A stretch of DNA of 64,000 nucleotides from Patescibacteria group bacterium (GCA_041649475.1 JBAZNA010000001.1:878594-942593); one strand, 5' to 3'; shown: positions 10,051 through 22,420, numbered from the stretch's first letter. The notes: generated by a model not told the origin, from the letters alone. Made by a program: numbers and translations.

Positions 10051-10464
10051 TTATTGTTTGATTACAAATTTTGTCTTAACGCCGATTTTAAACGCGGCCA
10101 TTCTGATCGCGTCTTTGGCTACAGTTTCCGGCACGCCGCCCATTTCAAACATCACTGTGCCGGGTTTGACAACCGCCACATAATGATCCGGCGACCCTTT
10201 GCCTCCGCCCATTGGGGTTTCGTTTCCTTTTTTTGTAACCGGCTTATCCGGAAAAACTCTAATCCAAATTTTTCCGCCCTTTCTGACATATCGGGTTAAA
10301 ACTCTTCGGGCCGCTTCAATCTGCCGGCTGTCTATCCAGCCATGTTCCAAACATTTCATACCGAATTCACCAAAATCTACCCTGGTTGTTCTGGTAGCCA
10401 CTCCCAAGCTTCTCTTTCTGCCTTTATGCCATTTTCTATGTAAAACTTTCTTTGGATATAACAT
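10051..10464 (-). CDS. rplP: Ribosomal protein L16
   Basis: 137 aa; [16 protein letters not shown]. Confidence 0.95.
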   Translation of the reverse strand: MLYPKKVLHRKWHKGRKRSLGVATRTTRVDFGEFGMKCLEHGWIDSRQIEAARRVLTRYVRKGGKIWIRVFPDKPVTKKGNETPMGGGKGSPDHYVAVVKPGTVMFEMGGVPETVAKDAIRMAAFKIGVKTKFVIKQ

Positions 10465-10472
10465 ATGCTTGA

Positions 10473-11171
10473 TTATGATTTCTTTTCTTCCTTACCGGAT
10501 TTGGCTTCTTCTTTACCGGCAAATTTATCCCGTCTGCCAAAGGCCTCACCTTTATAAATCCAAACCTTAATGCCGATTTTTCCATAAAGGGTATGGGCCT
10601 CCGCAAAAGCGTAATCAACATCGCTGCGCAAAGTGATCAGCGACATTTTTCCGGCAGCCAATTTTTCGGTTCTGGCAATTTCCACGCCGTTTAAACGTCC
10701 GCCCATGGCAATTTTTACTCCTTGGGCGCCGGCGCTCATGACTTTTTCAATAATTTGTTTCATTACTCTTCTAAACGGCAAACGTCTGACAATGTCATTG
10801 GCGGCTGTGGTCGCTATAATTTGCGCGGAAAGCGCCGGCTGCCTGACCTCCTGCACGTTTAATTTCACTTTCAGTTTCATCTGTACGATTTTTCTTTCAA
10901 TTTGTTTGCGTAAATCCTCCAAACCCTGGCCGCCGCGGCCGATAATCATACCCGGCTTGGCGGTTAAAATGGTTATGGACATATCCTTTGGCGTTCTTTC
11001 AATACTGATGGCATCCACCAAAGATTCTTTTAATTTTTCTTGTAATAATTTTCTAATGGCAACTTCTTGTTTTAAAAACAAAGGCATCTGGCCGTTTCTG
11101 GCAAACCATTTTGAGTCCCAGGTATAAATGGTTGGGATTCTATAAATTTTCGGATGTACTTTGTGGCCCAT
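10473..11171 (-). CDS. rpsC: Ribosomal protein S3 (Lys/Glu-rich C-terminal tail)
   Basis: 232 aa; KH plus S3-C domains. Confidence 0.9.
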   Translation of the reverse strand: MGHKVHPKIYRIPTIYTWDSKWFARNGQMPLFLKQEVAIRKLLQEKLKESLVDAISIERTPKDMSITILTAKPGMIIGRGGQGLEDLRKQIERKIVQMKLKVKLNVQEVRQPALSAQIIATTAANDIVRRLPFRRVMKQIIEKVMSAGAQGVKIAMGGRLNGVEIARTEKLAAGKMSLITLRSDVDYAFAEAHTLYGKIGIKVWIYKGEAFGRRDKFAGKEEAKSGKEEKKS

Positions 11172-11172
11172 A

Positions 11173-11535
11173 TTATTTCTTTTCTTCTATGTTAGCTACG
11201 TTAGCGCTTAAAACTAAATTAATATGCGAGGTTCGCTCTCGTACCGGCGTGGCCCGGCCATGCGCTTTCGGCATCCATCTCTTGAGTGAGGCGCCGCCGT
11301 CAACTGTTATCTTTTCAACCTTCAAATTTTCTACTGCCAAGGAATGATTGTGTTTGGCGTTGGCAACCGCTGATTGTAAAAGTTTTAAAACCGGTCTGGC
11401 CGCGCGCTTGGTTGACAATGATAAAATATCCAAAGCCCTGGTCACCTTTTTTCCTCTGATCATATCTACGACTAATCTGACCTTGCGCGGTCCCATTCTC
11501 AAATGATTCAATTTTGCGGTTACCTCTTGTTTCAT
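11173..11535 (-). CDS. rplV: Ribosomal protein L22
   Basis: 120 aa; conserved order. Confidence 0.9.
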   Translation of the reverse strand: MKQEVTAKLNHLRMGPRKVRLVVDMIRGKKVTRALDILSLSTKRAARPVLKLLQSAVANAKHNHSLAVENLKVEKITVDGGASLKRWMPKAHGRATPVRERTSHINLVLSANVANIEEKK

Positions 11536-11544
11536 AATAGTAGT

Positions 11545-11892
11545 TTACTTCTTCTCTTCTTTTTTCGGCGCAGCGGCGGCGGCTGGAGCCGGCGCTCCGG
11601 CGGCGGTGGCGGCCGCTTCCTGTTCTTTAGCCATCTTGCCGCCATGGCGGACAAATTTTCTGGTTGGAGAAAACTCACCCAGGCGATGGCCCACCATATT
11701 TTCATCTACAAAAACCGAAATAAAATCTTTGCCGTTGTGCACCAGGAAAGTCACGCCGACCATTTCCGGAGAAATAACACAAGCTCTGGACCAGGTTTTA
11801 ATTGGCTGTTTTTTTCCTGTATTTTTCATCGTCAGTACCTTGCTTAAAACTCTCGGATCTACAAATGGGCCTTTTTTTAAACTTCTAGACAT
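11545..11892 (-). CDS. rpsS: Ribosomal protein S19 with an Ala/Pro-rich C-terminal extension
   Basis: S19 core [11 protein letters not shown], then the tail [23 protein letters not shown]. Confidence 0.9.
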   Translation of the reverse strand: MSRSLKKGPFVDPRVLSKVLTMKNTGKKQPIKTWSRACVISPEMVGVTFLVHNGKDFISVFVDENMVGHRLGEFSPTRKFVRHGGKMAKEQEAAATAAGAPAPAAAAAPKKEEKK

Positions 11893-11900
11893 ATATTTAC

Positions 11901-12743
11901 TTAGATTTTATTGCGTCTTGATTTTATGATAAATTTATCACTCCACTTGCCCGGCGTGCGGGTCTTTACGCCTCTGGCCGGTTTGCCATAAACTGTCTGC
12001 GGACCGCGCTTTTGACCAATCGGGCTGTGGCCCTCGCCGCCGCCATGCGGGTGATCAACCGGGTTCATGTTCTTACCGTTTACTCTCGGTCTGATGCCTC
12101 GCATGCGGTTTCTGCCGGCCTTGCCCCAGCGAATTAAGCGGTAATCGGAATTGCCCATAATACCAACGCTGGCCGCGCATTCTTTTAAAACTTTCCTAAC
12201 TTCTCCGGAAGGCAATTTTATCTGCGCATATTTATCTTCCACGCCGATAAACTGGGCCGACATGCCGGCGCCGCGAACCAATTGTCCGCCCTTGCCCGGG
12301 GTTAATTCTATGTTATAGACAAACGTACCAACCGGCATAAATTCTAAAGGCATGCGACAACCGGTTTTCGCTTCAATTGCCTTTTGTGAAAAAACAATCT
12401 TGTCACCAACCTTCAAACCTTCCGGCGCTAAAATGTATGACTTGATATTGTCGGCATATTCCACTAAAGCGATTCTCGGACCGCGGTTCGGATCATATTC
12501 AATAGCCAAAACCGTGGCCGGAGCGTCAAATTTTTCTTGTTTAAAATCAACTATGCGATAAAATTTCTTTACTCCGCCGCCCTGATGCCGAACTGTCAGT
12601 ATTCCCTGATTATTGCGGCCGGATTTTGATTTTAAATATACAACCAAAGATTTCTCCGGTTTGGTTTTGGTGATATCTGAAAAAGCATCCACGCTTGAGT
12701 TGCGGCGGCCATTATTAGTTGGTTTGTATATTTTAATAGGCAT
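11901..12743 (-). CDS. rplB: Ribosomal protein L2
   Basis: 280 aa; the GGG.HP motif region is present. Confidence 0.95.
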   Translation of the reverse strand: MPIKIYKPTNNGRRNSSVDAFSDITKTKPEKSLVVYLKSKSGRNNQGILTVRHQGGGVKKFYRIVDFKQEKFDAPATVLAIEYDPNRGPRIALVEYADNIKSYILAPEGLKVGDKIVFSQKAIEAKTGCRMPLEFMPVGTFVYNIELTPGKGGQLVRGAGMSAQFIGVEDKYAQIKLPSGEVRKVLKECAASVGIMGNSDYRLIRWGKAGRNRMRGIRPRVNGKNMNPVDHPHGGGEGHSPIGQKRGPQTVYGKPARGVKTRTPGKWSDKFIIKSRRNKI

Positions 12744-12753
12744 ATTCTATATC

Positions 12754-13206
12754 TTAAACTCCCACGTGGATATCAATTGATTTGCCCTTTGGCAAAGTTA
12801 CAATCGCTTTTTTAAAATCACTGCGCCGGCCAAAGGTTCTGCCAAAACGCACCCGGCGGCCTTCTACGTTTATAATATTAACACTGGTCGGTTTCACTCC
12901 GTAAACATCCTCAACCGCTTTCTTGATTTGAAATTTGCTTGCCCCGGCCATGACCACAAAACTGTATTTATTTATGCTTTCGGCCACCGCGCTTTTTTCG
13001 GTCACCAGCGGTTTAACTAAAATTTTGTAGGCAATGCTTTCGGCCGGCAATTTTATTTTTTCTTTTTTTACGTCGGTTTCTTTGGTAATGGTGGTGGCTT
13101 CCTCCTTTGCTTTTTTCGGTTCTTTTTTGGCAACCTTAACCTCGCCGGTTTTTTTCAACTGTTCTTTCTTGTTCTTATTCAGCCAATTGTTTAGTAAGCC
13201 AACCAT
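12754..13206 (-). CDS. rplW: Ribosomal protein L23 with a Lys-rich N-terminal extension
   Basis: 150 aa; L23 core after a ~55 aa basic extension. Confidence 0.85.
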   Translation of the reverse strand: MVGLLNNWLNKNKKEQLKKTGEVKVAKKEPKKAKEEATTITKETDVKKEKIKLPAESIAYKILVKPLVTEKSAVAESINKYSFVVMAGASKFQIKKAVEDVYGVKPTSVNIINVEGRRVRFGRTFGRRSDFKKAIVTLPKGKSIDIHVGV

Positions 13207-13208
13207 AT

Positions 13209-13838
13209 TTATTTGTTAAAAGTTTTTTCTAACGTTTCTACTCCGGCTTTGCTGATAATCACGCCCGGTCTGGTTAAAAGTTCCATCACATTTACATCTT
13301 CGGCGCGTACGGTCTTAACTGTCGGCAAATTTTTGGTAATGCGGAGCAAATTTTCATTCTTCCCCGGAGCCAGCACCAAAAAATTTTTAATCTTTGTCGG
13401 CAGCGCTTTTATCAAATTTGCAAAAAGCTTGGTTTTCGGTTCGGAAAAATTAAAATCTTCAACAATCATGAAGGCGCCGCTGTTTACTTTATCGCTCAAA
13501 CACATTTTTAAAGCCAACCGGCGCACTTTGTCATTGATCTTTGTTTTATAGTTTCTAATTGAGAGCGGACCAAAAGTCACGCCGCCGCCTTTCCAGATTG
13601 GTGAACGGATTGATCCGTGTCGGGCGCGTCCGGTGCCTTTTTGCGGCCATGGTTTTTTGCCGCCACCGCTAACTTCGCCTCTATTTTTGGTATCAGCCCA
13701 TGGTTCGCGCTGATTATTCATCTGGGTCACAAAAACTTGGTGCACCACTTCCGGTTTTATTTTAACGCCAAAAACCGCGTCGGAAAGATTCATTTCACCC
13801 GTTTCTTTTCCTTCTAAATTGTAAACTTTTACCTTCAT
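13209..13838 (-). CDS. rplD: Ribosomal protein L4
   Basis: 209 aa; conserved order. Confidence 0.9.
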   Translation of the reverse strand: MKVKVYNLEGKETGEMNLSDAVFGVKIKPEVVHQVFVTQMNNQREPWADTKNRGEVSGGGKKPWPQKGTGRARHGSIRSPIWKGGGVTFGPLSIRNYKTKINDKVRRLALKMCLSDKVNSGAFMIVEDFNFSEPKTKLFANLIKALPTKIKNFLVLAPGKNENLLRITKNLPTVKTVRAEDVNVMELLTRPGVIISKAGVETLEKTFNK

Positions 13839-13842
13839 AAAA

Positions 13843-14532
13843 TTATTCAGCTTTTACTTCTGATTGCGGTTCTGCGGCTGTTTGTTCGGCCACAGCCGAC
13901 TGTTCAATTTTTTTAATTTTTAACTCGCCTTCGCCGCTGATTGCCAAAAATCCGTTTCTGCCTCCCGGTACCGCGCCTTTTATGTAAAGTTCATTAACTT
14001 CCGGATGCACTTCAATTATTTCTAAATTTTTTACCGTGATTCTTTCGCCGCCCATCCGTCCGGCCATACGCAAACCTTTAAAGACCCTCTGGATGCCGCC
14101 GGAACCGATAGCTCCGGGCATGCGCAAATTGTCTTTGTGACCGTGGGATGCCGGGCCGCCGCGGAAATGATGGCGTCTGACAACACCCTCAAAACCCTTA
14201 CCTTTTGACTGGCCGACAACCGTCACTTTATCTCCGGCAGAAAAGGTTTCAACCGTAATGGTGTCGCCTCTATTTATTTCAGCGCTGTCTGTTTTAAAAT
14301 CTTTCAGATGTTTCACTAAATTCAAATCATGAAGATGGCCGCGCTCCGGTTTGCTCAAACTCTTTTCTTTGGCTTCATCAAAACCAATTTGCACGGCTTT
14401 TAGCCCGCCTTTTTCATTCTTAACTTGGACAATCTGACAGGGGCCGGCCTGCACTTTGGTAACAGGAACAACCAGGCCGTTTTCCAGAAAGACCTGTGTC
14501 ATGCCGATTTTTTTGCCCAAAATGAATTTCAT
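13843..14532 (-). CDS. rplC: Ribosomal protein L3 (start at the internal MKFILGKKIGMTQVF; acidic C-terminal extension)
   Basis: L3 N-terminus GKKIGMTQ; the track ORF extends 18 codons further upstream. Confidence 0.85.
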   Translation of the reverse strand: MKFILGKKIGMTQVFLENGLVVPVTKVQAGPCQIVQVKNEKGGLKAVQIGFDEAKEKSLSKPERGHLHDLNLVKHLKDFKTDSAEINRGDTITVETFSAGDKVTVVGQSKGKGFEGVVRRHHFRGGPASHGHKDNLRMPGAIGSGGIQRVFKGLRMAGRMGGERITVKNLEIIEVHPEVNELYIKGAVPGGRNGFLAISGEGELKIKKIEQSAVAEQTAAEPQSEVKAE

Positions 14533-14757
14533 ACTAGAATTAAAGCGTTCTTGTAAACAAAAACTAGAAACAACAGCATTGCCCAAAAAAACCGTAATCT
14601 TCGCAACACTCTTGTTTCTAGCCTTTCAAAACTTGAATGGCTATTTTAATGTTATTTTCAATATTTATTCCTCTTGTTTTTCGCGGCCCGATAAATGTTT
14701 TCTCTATGGATCTTATTTACTAGGCCGTAATAAACTTGTGTATTTGAACTAATCCTA

Positions 14758-15108
14758 CTACATTTTTATTTCAATGTCAACACCGGCCGGAACCTGTAAA
14801 CTCATCAGGGCATCTACGGCTTTTGCCGACGGATTAATGATATCAATCAAACGCTTGTGAACGCGCATTTCAAATTGTTCGCGCGCATCTTTGTGCACAA
14901 AAGTAGAACGGTTAACCGTAAACTTTGTCTTCTCGGTTGGCAGAGGTATCGGGCCGACGACTTGAGCGCCGTTTCTTAAGGCGGTGTCTATGATATTTTT
15001 CGTGGCCTGATCAATAATCTTATTATCATAAGCGCGGATTTTAATTCTAATCCTGCTTATTACCTCTTCGGTTTTCTTTTGTGCGGTTGGATTGGTGGCA
15101 GTTGCCAT
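14758..15108 (-). CDS. rpsJ: Ribosomal protein S10
   Basis: 116 aa; IRIKIRAYD motif. Confidence 0.9.
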   Translation of the reverse strand: MATATNPTAQKKTEEVISRIRIKIRAYDNKIIDQATKNIIDTALRNGAQVVGPIPLPTEKTKFTVNRSTFVHKDAREQFEMRVHKRLIDIINPSAKAVDALMSLQVPAGVDIEIKM

Positions 15109-15166
15109 AAATGTACATTAAAGAGCAAAACAGCCCCTCCGACGTATGTCGGAGGGGCATGTTTAT

Positions 15167-16354
<1,188 letters not shown>

Positions 16355-16540
16355 AATAATTAAACTCTTACGCGGCACTATACCGAGTGGTCGGTACAGA
16401 TTTGTATCCAGCCGACGAAATTTATACTAATTTTAAACAAATTGTAAACTACATTATAACAGAAATAAAAAATTTGGCAAGAGCCAGCTTGTGGATACTA
16501 TATTTTTGCCTAATTTTAGCTATTATTTAGCTACTTTTAG

Positions 16541-16999
16541 CTATTCTATGGGCTCTAAATAAAATTTCTCCTCTTCTTCATCTTCTGAAATATTTTTTAA
16601 ATCTTCTTCCTCAATTTTGGGTATTGCCTGGACTTCTGTTGACGCGGACGGTTCTTCCGCGTCTTTTTCCGCTAATTTTATGAACTTCGCATCATCAGAT
16701 TCAGACGCTGATAAGGCCTCATTTTCTTTTTCATTGTATGATCTCCAGATGGATATGTCTCTATTGATTCGTTCCAACAATTGTTCTTCATTCAGGTCTT
16801 CCAGCGAACTTTGATTGCTTAAAATTTTCTCATAGGCCTCAATATCCATCATTACCATTGCATTGTCCGTTTCATTGTCCAAAATAATCATTTTATCACC
16901 GGTGCGTTTTACCAAATTTAAGACCTTGTTCAGTTGGCTATTTTTCATAGGTTTTGTTAAGATTAACATTAGCCCTTCTTGAAGCTGATTGTATTTCAT
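16541..16999 (-). CDS. Hypothetical acidic protein with a Phd/YefM-antitoxin-like N-terminal domain (no toxin partner seen)
   Basis: QLNKVLNLVKRTGDKMIILDNETDNAMVMMDIEAYEKIL fits the YefM/Phd N-terminal pattern; the C-terminus is poly-acidic. Confidence 0.35.
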   Translation of the reverse strand: MKYNQLQEGLMLILTKPMKNSQLNKVLNLVKRTGDKMIILDNETDNAMVMMDIEAYEKILSNQSSLEDLNEEQLLERINRDISIWRSYNEKENEALSASESDDAKFIKLAEKDAEEPSASTEVQAIPKIEEEDLKNISEDEEEEKFYLEPIE

Positions 17000-17018
17000 T
17001 TATTTAAAGAAGTCAAAT

Positions 17019-18806
17019 ATGACCAAATTTTATCTAAAGACATTTTTGGCGGCCATCTTTGCTGCTATCACGCTATTTTCGGTACAAATACCGGCGTACG
17101 CTGCTCTCGGCAGTTCTTGCCCAACAAACCTAAAACCGGGCGATATGGTCAAAGTCGCCGGAAAACCGGCAATATATCTCATTAACAAAGATTCAAAACT
17201 TTTATATTTCCCCGATGGCGATGTTTTTAAAAGCTGGCATGCCAAATATGGCGGCTATATCTCCATAGACCAGACCTGCCTTGATTCAATTCCCGTGCCA
17301 AACACATACCCAGCCGGTGTTAATTTTAAACCCGGTTCATATATTGTCAGGCAGGAATCTTCCAGCCAATTATATACCATCCCCACCGAAGACACCTTGG
17401 CAAAAATTTCACCGGCGACCGCAGCCGCTTTGTACGGAAGCGGCTACAAGGTCATGGTTATAAAAAACATCTTCTGGCCCAACTATGTCTACAGGGCTCC
17501 GGATATCGCCGAGGTTTCACCGCCTCCGGCGCCATCGCCGGTACCCGCAACCGGCAATATCTATTATGTTTCAACCTCGGGCAAAAATTCTAACTCCGGT
17601 TCGGCAACCAGTCCCTGGGCCAGCCCGGCCTATGGAGCCGATAAACTCAAACCCGGCGATACGCTGATTATAAAATCCGGTACCTATTATTTGAATGACT
17701 ATGGCAATGATATGCTTGTCCCGCCATCCGGAGCTGCTAATAACTACGTAACCATCAAAGGAGAAAGTGCGGCCAACCGACCAATTCTCAAAGCCGGCAA
17801 CAATATGTTTGCGGCCATCAGTATCTCAAACAAAAGCTATGTAAAAATTGCGGACTTGGAAATTACCAGCAATAACGGGCAGGATTTCCGGGACGGGATA
17901 AACGGCGCTGAAGGACCGGCCAATCATATTATTCTGGAAAATTTATACATCCACCACCTTGATGAATATGGTATAAATATTGGCGACACCAATGATCTTA
18001 AAATTACTAACTGCGTAATTTCCTACACCGGTTATGGCGCTATCGGCGGGCCGGCCGGCACAAATGGCGGCTGGAAAAATGTTGTGATATCCGGAACAAC
18101 CATGTCTTATAGCGGCCACTATTATCAGGGCGGACCCGGGCCAAGCCCATATGACAGACCCGATGGATTTGGAATAGAAACATCGGCCGGTCCGATTGAA
18201 ATCGCTAATTCAATATCCGAACACAACAAAGGCGACGGCATTGACTCAAAAGCAGAAAATACCAATGTGCATGACACCGTAATCAGAAACAATTCTTCTG
18301 ATGGCTTGAAGTTGTGGGGCACAGGTAGTAAAGCGACTAATGTCTTAATTTACGGCCGCGGCGACGGTAATTCCAACATCACGCCCTGGGCGTCAATTGT
18401 CCTGCAATCTGATAAAGCGAATGCGGTGTTCACTCTTGACCATGTCACAGTTGATGATTATCTGGGTGGTAATTATCTGATGCACGTGCAATATGACAAT
18501 CAGAACACCCCGACCACTCTTACCATAAAAAATTCTATCTTTTCTTCACGCGGGCCAAACGCCTCGCCGATATTTATAGCTCCGGGCACCAACTTCACCG
18601 TCTCAAACAGCGACTTTTATTTCCCTGGCAGTGACAACGTGCTGGAGCATGGCGATACTGCTTATACTTCTTCGCAAATTAACACCTTCGGATCCGGTAA
18701 TATTTATGGAGATCCAAAATTCGTTTCACCGGCTTGGGGCTCTAATGGAAATTACCGTCTGCAAAGCGGCAGTCCGGCAACCGGAATGGGCACAAATACT
18801 TTTTAA
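17019..18806 (+). CDS. Secreted right-handed parallel beta-helix (pectate-lyase-fold) protein
   Basis: Signal peptide MTKFYLKTFLAAIFAAITLFSVQIPAYA; repeated ...N..I.N..I motifs (ENLYIHHLDEYGINIGDTNDLKITNCVISYTG); inserted between fusA and tuf on the opposite strand. Confidence 0.6.
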   Translation: MTKFYLKTFLAAIFAAITLFSVQIPAYAALGSSCPTNLKPGDMVKVAGKPAIYLINKDSKLLYFPDGDVFKSWHAKYGGYISIDQTCLDSIPVPNTYPAGVNFKPGSYIVRQESSSQLYTIPTEDTLAKISPATAAALYGSGYKVMVIKNIFWPNYVYRAPDIAEVSPPPAPSPVPATGNIYYVSTSGKNSNSGSATSPWASPAYGADKLKPGDTLIIKSGTYYLNDYGNDMLVPPSGAANNYVTIKGESAANRPILKAGNNMFAAISISNKSYVKIADLEITSNNGQDFRDGINGAEGPANHIILENLYIHHLDEYGINIGDTNDLKITNCVISYTGYGAIGGPAGTNGGWKNVVISGTTMSYSGHYYQGGPGPSPYDRPDGFGIETSAGPIEIANSISEHNKGDGIDSKAENTNVHDTVIRNNSSDGLKLWGTGSKATNVLIYGRGDGNSNITPWASIVLQSDKANAVFTLDHVTVDDYLGGNYLMHVQYDNQNTPTTLTIKNSIFSSRGPNASPIFIAPGTNFTVSNSDFYFPGSDNVLEHGDTAYTSSQINTFGSGNIYGDPKFVSPAWGSNGNYRLQSGSPATGMGTNTF

Positions 18807-18814
18807 ATAAAAAA

Positions 18815-19165
18815 AGCCCGGGAGAGAAGAGAGTCGAGGCGAGGAGGCAAATCCATAGTCCGCAAGCGAGGCAGGGGGCCACCTCACATCACAGACGTTT
18901 GCACCTCTTCACTCTTCTTCCCGGGCCGAAGACAGGACAGCCTAGCCGGTAAATTCGCTCTTGGCTCAAGTTACGAACCACGCAAATCCGCACAATAGTG
19001 CACACCCGGTTCCAGCTGAAACCTCCCGCGACTTCAAATCCTACAGGAGTTTCTGCCCGCGAACGGAACAGATCAGGGAACCTTGGGTGAACCGACAAGG
19101 GCATCACGGAGGCTGAATCCACCTTACTACTAAAAACAACCCCTGTCTAGGGGGTTGTTTTTTTG
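18815..19165 (+). ncRNA. Candidate structured ncRNA (~350 nt, GC-rich); identity unresolved
   Basis: ~58% GC island with no plausible ORF; ends in a canonical terminator; 18818-18834 pairs with 18911-18926; shares the CCGCGAACGGAACA core with the R2 repeat. Confidence 0.4.
19128..19165 (+). terminator. Intrinsic terminator AAAAACAACCCCUGUCUAGGGGGUUGUUUUUUU
   Basis: 7 bp GC-rich stem (CAACCCC/GGGGUUG), 7 nt loop, then a U7 run. Confidence 0.6.
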
Positions 19166-19197
19166 AGTTTAAAACGCCTATGAGCGCACAACAAGAA

Positions 19198-21273
19198 CTA
19201 TTTCTGTCTGCCGGCAATAATTTCGGCAGCCACATTGGTCGGCACCTCGGCATAGTGGCCAAATTCCATGGTGGAACTGGCACGGCCCTGTGAAATACTG
19301 CGCAAGGTGGTAGCATAACCAAACATACTCGCAAGCGGTACTATTGCTTTTACGACTTTCATCTGGCCTCTATCAAACATTTCCTGAATCTGTCCGCGTT
19401 TGGAATTCAAATCGCCGATCACATCGCCCATATATTGTTCCGGAGTAACGGCCTCCACTTTCATTATCGGTTCCAAAATCACCGGATGAGCTCTTTTGCA
19501 AGCGGCTTGAAAAGCCATTGAGCCGGCCATCTTGAAAGCCGCTTCAGATGAGTCAACCTCATGGTATGAACCATCATAACAAATAACTTTCACATCAACC
19601 ACCGGGTAACCGGCCTGTATGCCGCGAGTAACCGCATCTTCAACACCTTTTCTGATAGCAGGGATAAATTCTTTAGGAATCACGCCGCCTTTTACCTCAT
19701 CAACAAACTCAACGCCCTTGCCTTGCTCCTGGGGCTCAACCCGAAGCCAGCAATGGCCATACTGACCGCGGCCGCCTGATTGTTTAATGTATTTGCCTTC
19801 GGCCTCGGCAGTCGCTTTAACGGTCTCTTTATAGGCAACCTGCGGCTTGCCGACATTGGCCTCAACCTTAAACTCCCGGCGCATGCGATCAACAATAATA
19901 TCCAAATGCAATTCACCCATGCCTTCAATAATGGTTTGCAAGGTCTCTTCATCGGTATGAACCCTAAAGGTCGGGTCTTCTTCGGTAAGCTTTTGCAGGG
20001 CCATGCCGATTTTTTCCTGATCAGCTTTAGTTTTGGGTTCAATAGCCACCGAGATAACCGGTTCCGGGAAGATAATTTTTTCAAGAACAATCTGATGATT
20101 TTCATCACACAAGGTATCTCCGGTGAACGTGCTCTTTAAACCAATGGCCGCCGCAATTTCTCCGGCATAAACATCAGTCACATCTTCGCGGTGATTGGCG
20201 TGCATACGCACAATTCTGCCCAATCTTTCTTTGGTACCGTTTGAAGAATTATACAAATAACTGCCGGCGCTGACATGTCCGGAATAAACACGGAAAAAGA
20301 TTAATTTTCCCACAAACGGATCAGTGGCAATCTTAAACGCCAAGGCGGAAAACGGTTCGCTGTCATCCGCTTTTCTTAACTCTTCCGCTTCAGTATCCGG
20401 ATTGATACCTTTTACCGGAGGCAAATCGGTCGGCGCCGGTAAATACCAAACTACCGCATCCAACATTTGCTGGACGCCAATATTTCCCAAAGCCGAACCG
20501 CACAGAACAACATAAATCTGGCCTTTAAGAGTCAACGTGCGCAAAGCGCTTCGTATTTCTTCGTTGGTCAAAGCATTACCGTTTAAATATTTACTCATGT
20601 ATTCATCGTTGGCTTCAGCGGCTTTTTCAACCAATTCGGCGCGGTATTTTTTTACCGATTCAACCATATCTTCCGGAATGGGAATTTCAATAACATTTTC
20701 TCCATGTTGACCTTCAAATTTGTATGCTTTTTCCTCTATCAAATCAACTATGCCGGAAAAGGTGCTATCAGCGCCGATTGGCAGTTGAGCCGGATAAGCA
20801 TTTTTGGATAATCTTTCCCGAATTGAAGATAAGCTCATGTAAAAATCGGCGCCAAGCTTATCCATTTTATTTACAAAAGCAACGCGCGCCACATTATATT
20901 TATCGGCCTGATGCCAGACCGTTTCTGATTGAGGTTCAACACCCTGTGAACCGTCAAACACGGCCACAGCTCCGTCAAGCACGCGCAAAGATCGCTCTAC
21001 TTCCACGGTAAAGTCCACATGGCCCGGAGTATCAATTATGTTGATGCGCTTTCCTTTCCAAAAACAAGTGGTGGCGGCTGAAGTGATGGTGATACCACGC
21101 TCTTTTTCCTGTTCCATCCAGTCCATTTCGGCGGCGCCTTCATGCACCTCGCCGATTTTATGTTTCTTACCGGTGTAAAACAAAACACGTTCAGTGGTTG
21201 TGGTTTTACCGGCATCAATATGGGCCATGATACCTATATTTCTGGTATTTTCTAATGTGTATTCACGAGGCAT
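19198..21273 (-). CDS. fusA: Elongation factor G
   Basis: 691 aa; [13 protein letters not shown]1 motif; S12-S7-EF-G order. Confidence 0.95.
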   Translation of the reverse strand: MPREYTLENTRNIGIMAHIDAGKTTTTERVLFYTGKKHKIGEVHEGAAEMDWMEQEKERGITITSAATTCFWKGKRINIIDTPGHVDFTVEVERSLRVLDGAVAVFDGSQGVEPQSETVWHQADKYNVARVAFVNKMDKLGADFYMSLSSIRERLSKNAYPAQLPIGADSTFSGIVDLIEEKAYKFEGQHGENVIEIPIPEDMVESVKKYRAELVEKAAEANDEYMSKYLNGNALTNEEIRSALRTLTLKGQIYVVLCGSALGNIGVQQMLDAVVWYLPAPTDLPPVKGINPDTEAEELRKADDSEPFSALAFKIATDPFVGKLIFFRVYSGHVSAGSYLYNSSNGTKERLGRIVRMHANHREDVTDVYAGEIAAAIGLKSTFTGDTLCDENHQIVLEKIIFPEPVISVAIEPKTKADQEKIGMALQKLTEEDPTFRVHTDEETLQTIIEGMGELHLDIIVDRMRREFKVEANVGKPQVAYKETVKATAEAEGKYIKQSGGRGQYGHCWLRVEPQEQGKGVEFVDEVKGGVIPKEFIPAIRKGVEDAVTRGIQAGYPVVDVKVICYDGSYHEVDSSEAAFKMAGSMAFQAACKRAHPVILEPIMKVEAVTPEQYMGDVIGDLNSKRGQIQEMFDRGQMKVVKAIVPLASMFGYATTLRSISQGRASSTMEFGHYAEVPTNVAAEIIAGRQK

Positions 21274-21284
21274 ATAAATATAAA

Positions 21285-21761
21285 TTACTTGGCGAAACGG
21301 GCAAAGTGAGCAAAGGCCTTGTTGGCTTCAGCCATTCGGTGCACTTCATCTCTCTTCTTCATGGCATCGCCAACGCCTTGGGCGCTGTCAAGCAACACGG
21401 TTGCCAATTTATCAGCCATTGGCTGGCCTTTTTTGGCCCGGGCCGCGCCGATTATCCATCTAAATGACAAGGCATTTTGTCGGCTGACCGATACCGGCAT
21501 CGGCACCTGGTAGTTGGCGCCGCCCACTCGGCGTGAGCGCACCTCAACCTGGGGCTGAACATTTTTTATGGCCTCTTCAAAAGTTTTCATCGGATCTTTT
21601 TCGGCCGCGGCAATTTTATCAAACGCGGAATAAACAATATCTTGAGCGGTTGATTTTTTGCCCCTCTCCATAATGTGATTTATGAATTTGGCCAAAACAA
21701 CACTGCCGTATTTTGGATCCGGATTGATTATTCTTTTAATTTTTAGTCGTCCACCGCGCAT
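21285..21761 (-). CDS. rpsG: Ribosomal protein S7
   Basis: 158 aa; conserved position. Confidence 0.9.
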   Translation of the reverse strand: MRGGRLKIKRIINPDPKYGSVVLAKFINHIMERGKKSTAQDIVYSAFDKIAAAEKDPMKTFEEAIKNVQPQVEVRSRRVGGANYQVPMPVSVSRQNALSFRWIIGAARAKKGQPMADKLATVLLDSAQGVGDAMKKRDEVHRMAEANKAFAHFARFAK

Positions 21762-21795
21762 ATTATTTCAATTTAAATTATTTCAGTTTAAATAA

Positions 21796-22224
21796 TTATT
21801 TCTTGGCCGCTTTCGGTTTCTTGGCTCCATATAAACTTCTGCCGCGTCTCCTGGCTTCAACTCCTTGGGTATCATAAACACCGCGCACAATGTGGTAGCG
21901 CACGCCCGGCAAATCTTTCACGCGGCCGCCGCGAAGCAAAACGATTGAGTGTTCCTGCAAATTGTGGCCCTCGCCCGGAATATAGGCAATGACTTCCATA
22001 CCGTTTGACAGGCGGACTTTAGCGACCTTGCGCAAAGCCGAGTTTGGTTTCTTTGGTGTGGTTGTATAAACTTTTGTGCAAACACCTCTTTTAAAAGAAG
22101 TGCCTTTGGCAAAAACAGTTTTCTTGCGATGAAGAGTATCTAAGGTAAACTGCAAAGCCGGAACTTTGCTCTTTTTTACCTTGCTGTGTCTGCCTTTTCT
22201 AATTAACTGGTTGATTGTAGGCAT
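21796..22224 (-). CDS. rpsL: Ribosomal protein S12
   Basis: [12 protein letters not shown]...[10 protein letters not shown] signature. Confidence 0.95.
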   Translation of the reverse strand: MPTINQLIRKGRHSKVKKSKVPALQFTLDTLHRKKTVFAKGTSFKRGVCTKVYTTTPKKPNSALRKVAKVRLSNGMEVIAYIPGEGHNLQEHSIVLLRGGRVKDLPGVRYHIVRGVYDTQGVEARRRGRSLYGAKKPKAAKK

Positions 22225-22313
22225 AGCCCGATATTAATAAATAATTTTAAAATTTTCTAACAAAAAAGCTGAACGAATTTGCCCAGCCACGAGTTTTACG
22301 ACGTTCTGGCAAT

Positions 22314-22342
22314 ATAATATATGACAACTCAATTAATGTCAA
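22314..22342 (-). promoter_or_regulatory. Putative str-operon promoter TTGACA-17-TATTAT
   Basis: Reverse complement of 22337-22342 is TTGACA; reverse complement of 22314-22319 is TATTAT; ~90 nt upstream of the rpsL start. Confidence 0.5.
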
Positions 22343-22420
22343 GGGCTGGGCTGTGTAAAAAAACAGCCCGCACCGAATGGTCGATGCGAGCGAAACAAAG
22401 AGCACTTGTGGGCATGCATG

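Noticed and set aside
16379-16540. Searched the tuf upstream region, and other intergenic gaps, for tRNA genes (tRNA-Thr/Tyr/Gly often precede tuf) and for CRISPR repeats
   Set aside because: No cloverleaf with GTTCGAATC or TΨC-arm signatures was found other than tRNA-Asn at 33942-34013. The agctaaa triplet repeats at 16500-16540 are too short and irregular for a CRISPR array.
18815-19165. Tested as RNase P RNA or tmRNA
   Set aside because: The conserved P4/CR-I motif, the GGUAAACCCC motif, the tmRNA 5'-GGGG...3'-CCACCA acceptor, the TΨC arm and an ...(L/V)AA tag reading frame could not be found by eye. It is left as an unidentified structured RNA pending an Rfam scan.
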